Part shown: positions 53,339-62,858 of the stretch, piece after piece
Layout of the letters: each line of letters starts with the position of its first letter
Position numbering within the stretch: the stretch's first letter is position 1
NCBI GenBank assembly: GCA_963758915.1
Contig: CAVWXH010000002.1
Location: 120,378 to 184,377 of the forward strand
Direction: 5' to 3'
Source: an uncultured Methanomicrobiales archaeon
GTDB taxonomy: Archaea > Halobacteriota > Methanomicrobia > Methanomicrobiales > Methanospirillaceae
DNA length: 64,000 nt
The notes under the pieces: generated by a model
The model's input: only the letters and a program-made list of their open reading frames with translations
Database searches by the model: none
What the model was told of the DNA's origin: nothing
Translations under genes and position numbers: made by a program

Positions 53339-54763
53339 TCAGACTATGATCTTCCCGTTTTCCATCGTGATCACACGGTCTGCACAGTCCCGTGCAATCT
53401 CCCTGCTATGAGTCACGATAATGACCGTATGACCTGCAAGCTGGAGCTCTTTTAATACCTCCATGACTTCCCGGGCCTCTTTCCCATCAAGCCCCGTCGT
53501 CGGCTCGTCAAGCACGATCACCGCAGGTTTCATGGCAAGCACGCAGGCTATTGCGAGCCTCTGGCGTTCACCACGGGAGAGCCACCTTGGATAGAGGTCT
53601 TTCGCATGGGTTAACCGCACCCGCGTGAGTGCATGGTCGATTACCGCATCGCGGTCAGGTATCCCGAGGTTGTCCACCCCGAACGCTACCTCGTCACGGA
53701 CGGTGTCAGCAAAAAACATGTGGTCCGGGTTCTGAAATACCAGCCCCACATCACGGGCAAGCTCGGTAATTGTCGTTACTGAGGCATCTTTGCCTTTCAC
53801 AGACACGGCACCGCCCGTGGCCTTCAGGAGCCCGTTGAAATGCTTGATCAACGTGGTCTTTCCTGAACCGTTCTCCCCGACAATTGCAATGAACTCGCCG
53901 GAGGATATAGTGAGGTCGATATCAGAGAGTGCGTGGATATCCTCCCCATAGGTGTGTGACAGCCCCTTTACACGGATTAGCGGTTCAGGAATGACCGTTT
54001 CCCCGGAACTCCGTGTCCGTTCCCTGATACCGGAGAAATCAGGAACAACGGTCTTCTGCAAGCCCGGGTCCTTTATTATCTCGTCGGGAGCACCGGATGC
54101 CCTGATACGGCCATCTTCCATCACGACAAGGATATCGACAATCTCCCTCATCCTGATAAATTTGTGCTCGACTATGAGGATAGTCCTGCCCTCGGCTTTT
54201 AACCCTTTCAGTATCTCAAGGATCCCACTCGTCCCGTGTTCATCCAGCTCAGACGTCGGTTCGTCGAGGATCAGGATCCCTGTCCCCAGTGCCAGTGTAA
54301 CGGCAAGCACAAGGCGCTGCTTTTGCCCTCCGGAAAGGGTATGGGGGGCACGGTCTTTTAACGTGGTAAGTTTTGTCATCTCCATGATGACCCGTAGACG
54401 GTCCTCGATCTCGTCCACCTGGAGCCCCCGCCGTTCAAGTGCAGACAGGAGCTCCTCTTCAACCGTGGTAAAAATAAGCTGGGCTTCAGGGTCATCAAAA
54501 ACAATCCCGAGGTTGGTAGCAATATCGGAAAGGTCTTTGTAACTCTTCACGTCACGACCATTAATTGTGACGGCCCCCTCTTTCTTTCCGCCGTATTCAT
54601 GTGCAAGGATACCGGCAGATGCAAGACAAAGTGTTGTTTTCCCGGCCCCTGAAGGCCCGGTAACCATCACACACTGCCCTTTCCCTATCGAAAGCGAGAG
54701 GTTTGTTAGTGCGGGTTTACCGGTATGAGGGTACGCATAACTCACCGAGTCCAGCCTTATCAT
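53339..54763 (-). CDS. ECF transporter fused double ATPase (A-A')
   Basis: Two NBDs: GPSGAGKT/LSGGQKQR and GENGSGKT/FQNPD/LSRGERQR. Confidence 0.93.
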   Translation of the reverse strand: MIRLDSVSYAYPHTGKPALTNLSLSIGKGQCVMVTGPSGAGKTTLCLASAGILAHEYGGKKEGAVTINGRDVKSYKDLSDIATNLGIVFDDPEAQLIFTTVEEELLSALERRGLQVDEIEDRLRVIMEMTKLTTLKDRAPHTLSGGQKQRLVLAVTLALGTGILILDEPTSELDEHGTSGILEILKGLKAEGRTILIVEHKFIRMREIVDILVVMEDGRIRASGAPDEIIKDPGLQKTVVPDFSGIRERTRSSGETVIPEPLIRVKGLSHTYGEDIHALSDIDLTISSGEFIAIVGENGSGKTTLIKHFNGLLKATGGAVSVKGKDASVTTITELARDVGLVFQNPDHMFFADTVRDEVAFGVDNLGIPDRDAVIDHALTRVRLTHAKDLYPRWLSRGERQRLAIACVLAMKPAVIVLDEPTTGLDGKEAREVMEVLKELQLAGHTVIIVTHSREIARDCADRVITMENGKIIV

Positions 54764-55284
54764 TCCTGTCCCCGCATCAGCACCCTGCTTGACGGGATGT
54801 AGAGCAGCTGGACAATAACTGAGTTGAATATTGCGGTAATAAGTACGATCGGTACGAATACGAGTATAAACCCACCCATCGTGGCATACCTGGTGATGAT
54901 CTGGGGCGCCACGGCGATGATTGCTATCGCGGCGAAGGTAAACCCGCTCGCGAGCGTGGCGATAAACGTCGCAATCGAGGGGCTGATTTTAGACCGGTTT
55001 TTAATCGCGGCATACGCACCAAAGCAGACCAGTGCCCCGACAGGCTCGCTGATCAGGTTGGCAGGAGGGAATATCGAACCTGATATTAGCATCGAGAGGA
55101 TACCGGCCACGATTCCAATCCCAAGTGCTTCATAGATCTTCGGGGATATCAGGATAATCGCGAGACAGTAGAACGCGATGATCATGTTCGGTGTCAGTGG
55201 TGTGTGGAGCATCGCAAGGAAATAGCGAAGAATTGCTCCAATGGCAAGCAGAATACCAACTATTGCAATATCTCTGGACTTCAT
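54760..55284 (-). CDS. ECF transporter substrate-binding S component (TrpP-like; substrate not established)
   Basis: 174 aa, ~6 TM, ILLAIGAIL N-terminus; translationally coupled to the ECF ATPase. Confidence 0.8.
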   Translation of the reverse strand: MKSRDIAIVGILLAIGAILRYFLAMLHTPLTPNMIIAFYCLAIILISPKIYEALGIGIVAGILSMLISGSIFPPANLISEPVGALVCFGAYAAIKNRSKISPSIATFIATLASGFTFAAIAIIAVAPQIITRYATMGGFILVFVPIVLITAIFNSVIVQLLYIPSSRVLMRGQE

Positions 55285-55321
55285 GGTGTAACATCCTGGT
55301 TTATGATAATCAAGTTAGAAT

Positions 55322-55438
55322 ATCACACAGGACAACCCTGAAAGGTTAGCGGGCAATTATCACCGGGTTACCAACGGAGAGGGATGTTGGGATATTCCGG
55401 CGAATATTAATCGTCAGATCTGCAAGGGCCTGTGTGAC
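55322..55438 (-). promoter_or_regulatory. Candidate structured 5' leader RNA of the ECF operon
   Basis: 10-bp closing stem GUCACACAGG/CCUGUGUGAU enclosing four hairpins, starting ~20 nt downstream of a TTTATA box. Confidence 0.5.
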
Positions 55439-55651
55439 AGTATAATACTTTGATGTATAAAATTGTACAATTTAGTATAAATAAGTAGCCTGCCCAGCCT
55501 GCTTCCATGGTGACAATACAATAAAAAGAACTCTTTTGAAATGCTCTGAAATCCATCTTGCAGATCACGGTATTCCGGCATTATCCACGCTGCCGGGGCT
55601 CGACCCCGTCGCTTATGGCAACCCCGGTAAAAATTTGGGCCTTATCTCTTC

Positions 55652-56272
55652 TCACGTAACAACCGAGAGTGTTCCGGTGGCGAGGTCATAGTAGAGACCA
55701 CTGACATGAACTCTGCCATCCATCACTGCTGCTTTTACAGACGGGTACGTCATGAGGTGCTCGACCTGGAGCCTGACATTTTCGAGTTCTATCTGGTGAT
55801 TCCGCTCCTTCTTCTCTTCCGGCGTCTTTGGAACCATGATCCGGCTGTCTACACGCGTCTTTGCCTCACGGGCATCATTGAGCCAGAGCGGGATATAGGG
55901 GTCGTGAAGATCTGTATCGAGTGACTTGATAGCACCACAGTCGGAATGCCCGCAGATAACGATCTCCTGTACATTCAGGTAGTTAATAGAGTATTCCAGC
56001 ACGGTGGCCAGGGACCAGTCATGGTTCGGAACAATATTACCGACATTACGGGTAACAAAAAGTTCACCCGGCCCGGCACCGGTAATCCTTTCCGGGTCTG
56101 ATCGCGAGTCCGAACACCCGATCCAGAGCACTCCCGGGTTCTGGCCGGCCGCAAGTTCCTGATTGCGTTCGATACTTGCATTGTACACATCTTCCCTGAA
56201 TTTCAGGTTGCCCTGCAGGAGTTCTCCAACAATACTACCATTCTGTGACTCCCATGATTTGATCTCCACCAT
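55652..56272 (-). CDS. Beta-class carbonic anhydrase
   Basis: GCSDSR, GELFVTRNVGN and GHSDCGA zinc-ligand motifs. Confidence 0.95.
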   Translation of the reverse strand: MVEIKSWESQNGSIVGELLQGNLKFREDVYNASIERNQELAAGQNPGVLWIGCSDSRSDPERITGAGPGELFVTRNVGNIVPNHDWSLATVLEYSINYLNVQEIVICGHSDCGAIKSLDTDLHDPYIPLWLNDAREAKTRVDSRIMVPKTPEEKKERNHQIELENVRLQVEHLMTYPSVKAAVMDGRVHVSGLYYDLATGTLSVVT

Positions 56273-56633
56273 GGTCCTGAAGGACACTCCGGGTCGGACT
56301 AAACGGTATGACGAGACCTTGTCCGAACATTAAAATTGGGACTTGAATTGCCCCAATTTCTGTAAAGGGACCTTCAGATTTGGATTCCACGGGATTAATC
56401 GGCACCAGTCCATGAAAATACCGTTACCGCCTGGACGGATGAGATGACTACCAGAAGGAGGACCAGGAAGAGCCAGATGATCTGTTTCGGCACGCATACG
56501 AAAACCTACGTCATCACCAGAATTTATATATTTAACCCGTTTTTCTCATTGCATTTGCACTGCTATACCATCACGTCACTTTCACACCACGCCCGCTCCA
56601 CCCTTATGGGCTTACCAAGTACACTGACATACC

Positions 56634-57167
56634 ATGGAGTTTGAGCTCGCACCCGCGATATCGGTGCTTACCGGCACCTTCTGTGCCATGATCGCACCTG
56701 AAGAGCTCGTGCTCCCGGCCCTCACCAACCCTGAAAACGGGCGGTACCTGTTCCTTTATCTTGCAGGGACTACATCGGGGATACTTCCTGCACTCGCAAA
56801 GCGTCCCGGTACCATGGAGGTCAGGCGGACTCTTTCACCAGGCCACCTCGCCGCGGAGATCAGGGCGTCACGCCATTCCATTCTCTTCGTCGAGCATGAC
56901 CCGTCACTGTACGCCAGCGAGGAAGAAGCCGCATCAGTCGCCCATGCACTGAAGGGAGCGTCAGAAGGTGCAGTCGTGGTGCTGTATACCCCACGGGCAG
57001 ACAGGTGGTTTGACCTGATTCTGTCCCGGGCAGACCAGGTGTATTTCTTCCGGGAGCCGCCTGTCACCCCGCGGAATACGCCGCGCAGGACGCAAACGTC
57101 ACGAAAACTGCCAGGACCGGGTAACGGACAGGCCACCCTTGAAGGGTTCTCCGGCCGGGTGGCATAA
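56634..57167 (+). CDS. Truncated/inactivated RecA-RadA-like protein of the PolB2 cassette
   Basis: No Walker A; EVRR...ILFVEHDPSLY strand pattern; C-terminal QATLEGF (PIP-like); first gene before PolB2. Confidence 0.6.
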   Translation: MEFELAPAISVLTGTFCAMIAPEELVLPALTNPENGRYLFLYLAGTTSGILPALAKRPGTMEVRRTLSPGHLAAEIRASRHSILFVEHDPSLYASEEEAASVAHALKGASEGAVVVLYTPRADRWFDLILSRADQVYFFREPPVTPRNTPRRTQTSRKLPGPGNGQATLEGFSGRVA

Positions 57168-57494
57168 TTGGGACGGAGTTTCCAGAGTGTCCGCATGGGA
57201 GTGAACGACATCGCCGGGCGGTGGCAGCGTGCAGCCCGGGCCATGAGGAGTGATGATGCAGTCTACGCGGATGAGGTGGTGGCAATGGCAAAAACATACG
57301 CAAGTGAGGCGTTTTATGCGTTCGATGACCCGCTTGAAGCTGCCCTTTTTTCGGTACTTATCTGCATGTACAGGGAGCATGGGCCATATGGCAGGCATGT
57401 CGTACCCGGCGAAGTCCCCCATTTTCACGAGGACACCTCTTGCCATCCGGCCGGAAAACTACCCGGGTGGCCGGGAAACGGGCGGGGTGAATGA
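57168..57494 (+). CDS. Small PolB2-associated protein (arCOG07300-like)
   Basis: MGRSFQSVR...FDDPLEAALFSVL motif; abuts both neighbours. Confidence 0.65.
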   Translation: MGRSFQSVRMGVNDIAGRWQRAARAMRSDDAVYADEVVAMAKTYASEAFYAFDDPLEAALFSVLICMYREHGPYGRHVVPGEVPHFHEDTSCHPAGKLPGWPGNGRGE

Positions 57495-59485
57495 TCATGT
57501 GGATCATCGACTCATACTACCGGGACGGCCATGTTGAACTCTGGGAGCGCGGCAAACGAGGCAGGACGAGCCTCCACCGGATACCATGGACCCCTGATTT
57601 TTTATTCTGGTTACCTGATGCGGATTCCCACTGGCAGATGATCGATGCGCTTTCTGAACAGTACAACGTCCACGAATGCCAGTTTGAGACCGTTTACGGC
57701 ACCAGCAACGGGTACCGGGCCGGTGCAGGACGGCAGGTAGCTGATGCAATCCTGGAACAGACCTGCCACGAGGCAAGGCTGTACAATGTCGATACCAGGC
57801 CTGACCACCGCTACATGGCCGGGCATACCCTGTTCCCGTGCGGGGAACAGGAGGAGTCCCGGTTTTCCCCGGACTTTTCACTACCGGACAGGGTCATGGA
57901 GATCGATGTACTGGAAAACCCGTATGGCACTCCGGAGTGCAGGCAGGTCCGTGTAACAAACGGGGACCCGGACAGGAAACATATCCTTTCAGGGGATGAA
58001 AAAACGGTTATCGCCGATTTATCAGGAATGGTCAGTTGTTGTGACCCGGATGTCATCCTTTTTCCCGGTGCAGACATATGGGTCCCGCGGATCGTAGCAA
58101 AAGCCAGGCATTATGGTCTTGATCCACCATTCAGCCGGGATGGAATGTTCCGGAGTATAGAGGCAACGTCATACCTGAGCTATGGCAAAACCGAGTACCG
58201 TGAAGGTTCGCTCATTCCGGATGGCAGGTTACTGATCGATACGCGGTCAAGCTTTAACTACCGTGAAGGCGGGCTTTACGGGGTAATTCTCGCGTCACGG
58301 CTCACCGGCCTGTGCCCGAATCTTGCAGCGCGGTTCACTGCCGGGACCCTGATCTCGGGATATGAAGTATACGAGGCTCTCCTGCGGGGGATCGCGGTAC
58401 CGTACCGGAAGACCGATGCAGAAGGCAACCGGGACGTGAATGACCTCCGTGCCTGTGACCGGGGAGGGATGATGTTCCAGCCGGTGCCCGGGCTCTACGA
58501 GGACGTCTTCCAGATAGACTTCACCTCCCTCTACCCGGCCGTCATCGTGCTGTACAACCTCTCGCCCGAGACTGTTACCAACCCTGAAAAACCGGGTTTT
58601 CTCCCGGCGGTGCTTGCACCGCTCCTCGAACTCAGGTACAGGACAAAACAGCTGAAGAAAACCGACCCGAAGTACCGCGGGGCAGATTCCCTCCTCAAGT
58701 GGATGCTGGTCACCTGTTTCGGTTATACAGGGTATAAAAATGCCAAGTTCGGACGGATCGAGGTACACGAGCGGATCACCTCCTGTTCCCGGGATATCCT
58801 CATCAGGTCGAAAGATATCGCCGAGGCGGAGGGGGCAACAGTCCTCCACGGGATTGTGGACTGCCTGTGGCTTCAGGGGCCTGGTCGCGAACACCTGAAG
58901 GCACGGATCGAGGAGGAGACCCGGCTGCTCACCGAGCTCGAGTCCTACGACTGGCTGGTCTTTCTCCCGATGCCCGACGGATTTGGTGCATATAACAGGT
59001 ATTATGGCAGGCTTCGCGACGGGTCTGTCAAAGTCCGCGGTATTGCCAGCCGGCGGGGTGATACCCCGGAGTATATCAGGCGGGTCCAGGCGGGGATGCT
59101 CGACCTCCTGGGTACGGCGTCCTCACGACATGAGATCAATGAGATCGGCGGTGCGGTGAGAGAACTCTACATGGATGCCTGGGACGGGCTCCGTACCGCC
59201 AGCCCTCAGGAGATGGTAATCCACCGGAAGGTAAGCAGGATCGATTATTCCCGGAACTGCCCCGAGGCATCGGCAGTCAGGGCATCCAGGGCCGCAGGCA
59301 TTCAGGTCTCACCCGGGATGGAGATCGGGTATGTCGTCCGCGACGCCGGGAAATGGACCGTAGACCTGTCATGGGTGGCTGACGGATTCGATGTGCAATA
59401 TTACCAGAAACTGCTCGACCGGGCATGGCGTGAGATCGAATTTTCGCTCCTGGAAGCAGCCAGGGGAGATGCAAGGCTCAGGTGA
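57491..59485 (+). CDS. Family B DNA polymerase, PolB2 group
   Basis: Motif A IDFTSLYP, motif B KWMLVTCFGYTG, altered motif C HGIVDCLW, degenerate exonuclease domain. Confidence 0.88.
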   Translation: MIMWIIDSYYRDGHVELWERGKRGRTSLHRIPWTPDFLFWLPDADSHWQMIDALSEQYNVHECQFETVYGTSNGYRAGAGRQVADAILEQTCHEARLYNVDTRPDHRYMAGHTLFPCGEQEESRFSPDFSLPDRVMEIDVLENPYGTPECRQVRVTNGDPDRKHILSGDEKTVIADLSGMVSCCDPDVILFPGADIWVPRIVAKARHYGLDPPFSRDGMFRSIEATSYLSYGKTEYREGSLIPDGRLLIDTRSSFNYREGGLYGVILASRLTGLCPNLAARFTAGTLISGYEVYEALLRGIAVPYRKTDAEGNRDVNDLRACDRGGMMFQPVPGLYEDVFQIDFTSLYPAVIVLYNLSPETVTNPEKPGFLPAVLAPLLELRYRTKQLKKTDPKYRGADSLLKWMLVTCFGYTGYKNAKFGRIEVHERITSCSRDILIRSKDIAEAEGATVLHGIVDCLWLQGPGREHLKARIEEETRLLTELESYDWLVFLPMPDGFGAYNRYYGRLRDGSVKVRGIASRRGDTPEYIRRVQAGMLDLLGTASSRHEINEIGGAVRELYMDAWDGLRTASPQEMVIHRKVSRIDYSRNCPEASAVRASRAAGIQVSPGMEIGYVVRDAGKWTVDLSWVADGFDVQYYQKLLDRAWREIEFSLLEAARGDARLR

Positions 59486-59662
59486 GCATCGATGAACAGG
59501 TGGTACTGTTGGAAATGGCCTCCTTCTGCAGGTGTTACAGCCTGGACCCCGGGTCAAAAACTTTTACTGTATAGTCAGGCCTGGTTCCCGGGACCAGGGT
59601 GTACCATAACATTATTGTAGGGAGGATGCGCTCATTCAATGAAGGGCAGGGTGTTCTTGGAG

Positions 59663-60895
59663 ATGACGAAAAAAACAGCCAGTAACCAGAAAAAGTCAGA
59701 CGTGTACCGGGAATCCCTCGAACTCCATGAGCGAAAACAGGGTAAACTGGAAATCCGTTCCAAGGTCCCGCTCAGGACCAGGAAAGACCTCGCACGGGCG
59801 TACACACCCGGGGTAGCCGCGGTGTGCAGGGCAATTGAAAAGGACAAGGACCTTGCATACCGGTATACCATGAAGGCAAACACCATCGCAATCGTCACGG
59901 ATGGTTCAGCCGTCCTCGGCCTTGGAGATATAGGGGGGTATGCAGCGATCCCCGTTATGGAGGGAAAAGCAATTCTTTTCAAGAAATTTGCCGACATTGA
60001 CGCGTTCCCAATATGTTTTGAGAAGTATCATGCTGGTTTTGCCGATGACATCAGGAATATCGCACCGGTGTTTGGCGGGATCAACCTCGAGGATATCGCC
60101 GCACCGAAATGTTTTGAAGTCGAAGAGGCGCTGCAGGAGATCGGTATCCCGGTCATGCACGATGACCAGCACGGCACGGCAATCGTCATCCTGGCAGCGC
60201 TGCTGAATGCATGCAAGGTAACAGGAAAGGAATTTGAGGACCTCAATATTACCATCTGCGGTGCAGGGGCTGCAGGGTATGCAACAGCCAGGCTCCTGAA
60301 ATGCATCGGGTACAACCCGGATTACTGCCGCTCAGTCCATGATATTATCGTCTGCGATACGCAAGGGATCATTCACCGCCAGCGTGAAGGGCTGTACGGC
60401 AATAAATACAAGTTTATCCTCGCTGACGAAACGAACCGCCAGGGCAGGTCCGGCGACATCGCGGTGGCGATGGAGGGTGCGGATGTCTGTATCGGGGTTT
60501 CTGCACCAGGGATAATTACAAAAAAGATGGTCAGTTCAATGAACGATGACCCCATTGTCTTTGCCATGGCAAACCCTGTACCTGAGATCATGCCTGAAAT
60601 CGCGCTGTCTGCAGGTGCAGCCATAGTCGGCACCGGAAGAAGTGATTTCCCGAACCAGATCAACAACGCGCTGGTATTCCCGGGTATGTTTCGTGGAGCC
60701 CTTGATGCATGCGCCACGAAAATTACCAACGGGATGAAAGTGGCAGCAGCCCATGCACTGGCAGACTACATCAAAAAACCTGCAAAGGATCGGATCCTCC
60801 CCAGCATTCTTGACCGCCAGGTGACGGCAGCAATTGCCGGGGCCGTAAAAGAGGCGGCAATCGCCGGCGGTTGTGCCCGCCGGACATCTGAATGA
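59663..60895 (+). CDS. NAD(P)-dependent malic enzyme
   Basis: [46 protein letters not shown] and NQINN motifs. Confidence 0.95.
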   Translation: MTKKTASNQKKSDVYRESLELHERKQGKLEIRSKVPLRTRKDLARAYTPGVAAVCRAIEKDKDLAYRYTMKANTIAIVTDGSAVLGLGDIGGYAAIPVMEGKAILFKKFADIDAFPICFEKYHAGFADDIRNIAPVFGGINLEDIAAPKCFEVEEALQEIGIPVMHDDQHGTAIVILAALLNACKVTGKEFEDLNITICGAGAAGYATARLLKCIGYNPDYCRSVHDIIVCDTQGIIHRQREGLYGNKYKFILADETNRQGRSGDIAVAMEGADVCIGVSAPGIITKKMVSSMNDDPIVFAMANPVPEIMPEIALSAGAAIVGTGRSDFPNQINNALVFPGMFRGALDACATKITNGMKVAAAHALADYIKKPAKDRILPSILDRQVTAAIAGAVKEAAIAGGCARRTSE

Positions 60896-61348
60896 CAGGG
60901 TATTTTTTTAATCGTTTTTAACCCCATTTCTGTTCTGATTTCAGGATAGAAACCCGCCCAGATCAAAACAGAATGAAGAGGGGGTATATAGCACGCATTT
61001 TTTCCCTGCCCCGGGTTCACATAACGTATCAGGTCAGGTGACCAGATTATTGGTGAGCAATTGCCGGTTGTTATTCTAAAAATGGGCAGGGGGAGGAAAG
61101 TTGAACAGAAAAAAGTCCTCATCAGGGAGTTTACAAAGACCATTCACCGCTACACCCGGGGTAGAACCCGACATGGTCACGGTACTAATCGATGAGCTTG
61201 ACCGCGATAATACCGGGAAGTCGGGGAGGATGCTCTCCGAAGGTACCTGACGGTAGGTATGGCCCTCAACGGAAGGACATTGCAGTGTTGATTCCCGGAT
61301 TTTCGCATATAAAAATTAATCACTTTTTCGAAACAATTACCTGAACAG

Positions 61349-61690
61349 ATGAGTTCCAAAAAACAGGGTTCGTTCTGGCTTGCAGTTGCTGTCGGATTTG
61401 TCCTGATGGTAATCCTTGGCTTTGTACCGGTAATCGGACCGCTGGTCGCAGGGCTGGTTGCAGGGCTGATCGCAGGTGGTGATGTCTGGAACGGCGGAAA
61501 AGCCGGGTTTTTGAGCGGGTTGGCAGGCGCGGTCATCCTCTCAGTCCTTGCGATTATCGGGAGTACGTTCCTGCTCGGAATTTTTGGCCTGATAGCCGGA
61601 CTGGGCATCGCAATGACCCTGATCATCCTTGCACTCTACCACGCAGCACTTGGTTTAACCGGTGGCATTATCGGAGTCTTATTGAGATAA
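61349..61690 (+). CDS. DUF5518-like Gly-rich membrane protein
   Basis: PVIGPLVAGLVAG...GGKAGFLSG pattern. Confidence 0.75.
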   Translation: MSSKKQGSFWLAVAVGFVLMVILGFVPVIGPLVAGLVAGLIAGGDVWNGGKAGFLSGLAGAVILSVLAIIGSTFLLGIFGLIAGLGIAMTLIILALYHAALGLTGGIIGVLLR

Positions 61691-61721
61691 TCCTGGGTCC
61701 CCTGTGACGACAGCAACAATT

Positions 61722-62531
61722 TCAGGGAGCCGGTTCTCTCCCCATTCCGGCAAGCGTGGATATATAATGCTCTCTTCTTGCGATATAGGCGCCGGGTTCA
61801 TTCCCAAGGGGCAGGTATTCTGAAACGGCCCATCCGTTTTCGGTAAGAACCATTTTTGTCTGGTCCGAAAGGCCCATAAGAAACCCGAACTCGACACGGT
61901 GTTTTTCATCGTCCAGGCGGGATGTCAGCCACTCGAGCAGTTCCGGGTCATGGGTCGCAACCTGGAATGCGGCACCGGTAGGCAGCACCATCTCAACAAG
62001 AGCTTTAAAACGCCCCCGGACCTGTTCAAACTCGTGGTAATCACCATGATAAGCCCCTTTTACAATTCTTGGTGTGATTCCCGCCGACACAATATTCACA
62101 AGGTCTTTCCCAGTCCGGTCCATGTATGCCTGGAGTGCAAGGGTGACCGGATATCCGGTCCTGATGCAGGCAATGCCCATATCTATGGTGATATCGATCA
62201 GCCCCTTCCCCTCCATATCAAGTTCGAATCCCGTATGCCGGACATTGGCTTCCTGAAATATGGTAATAGCATTGTCCCTGCATACCTGCTGATCGAACAC
62301 GGCCCCGACGGCCGTCAGTTTAAGGGACAGCGATGCATCAAGCTGGTGTGCTTCTATTGCCCTGATGCAATCGATATTCTCTTTTACCCAACGGAATGCG
62401 GCCTGTTTTGAGGGGGCATGTTCCCCGAGCACGGCAAGGGTGCACCTGATCCCCTGCGAGTTCCGCTTCCTGCACCAGGTAACTGCCGCATTGAGGTCCG
62501 GCAATGTCCACCTGCCTGAACTGCCTGTCAT
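61722..62531 (-). CDS. Monofunctional proline dehydrogenase family protein
   Basis: LGE, SLKLT, LDME, LQAY, RIVKGAY, ATHD and YLPLG...YIARR motifs. Confidence 0.88.
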   Translation of the reverse strand: MTGSSGRWTLPDLNAAVTWCRKRNSQGIRCTLAVLGEHAPSKQAAFRWVKENIDCIRAIEAHQLDASLSLKLTAVGAVFDQQVCRDNAITIFQEANVRHTGFELDMEGKGLIDITIDMGIACIRTGYPVTLALQAYMDRTGKDLVNIVSAGITPRIVKGAYHGDYHEFEQVRGRFKALVEMVLPTGAAFQVATHDPELLEWLTSRLDDEKHRVEFGFLMGLSDQTKMVLTENGWAVSEYLPLGNEPGAYIARREHYISTLAGMGREPAP

Positions 62532-62858
62532 AATTATTTTTTAATCAGGACGGGAAAGGGAAAAAGCTACTGATCAGCGGGTCGTTCAGATGGATAATGA
62601 AACAGGTGCGGGATTTATTAATAATAGTAATATAATATATAATAAATTAATATTTTTATTAGTTCTATAATTTGCGTGTTTCACGATCTATAAGTAGTGG
62701 AATCCTGATAATGAAGGATAAAGAGATCCCTGTTCCGGGTAATCAATGGATATAGAGGTTGGGGCTCTTGTCCATCGCCGGCCGGAACCACGAGGTGGAA
62801 CGGGTGCGGAATCTGAATAAAGGCCCTCTGTATTTCCGAAACAACCGGGTGATTATTC

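Noticed and set aside
55322-55438. tRNA, or a known riboswitch or T-box
   Set aside because: No T-loop or D-loop consensus, and none of the conserved motifs I recognise for known riboswitch classes; kept only as an unknown structured leader.
57491-59485. Casposon, pipolin or provirus polymerase
   Set aside because: No Cas1, integrase, capsid genes or terminal repeats nearby; motifs and neighbours fit cellular PolB2.
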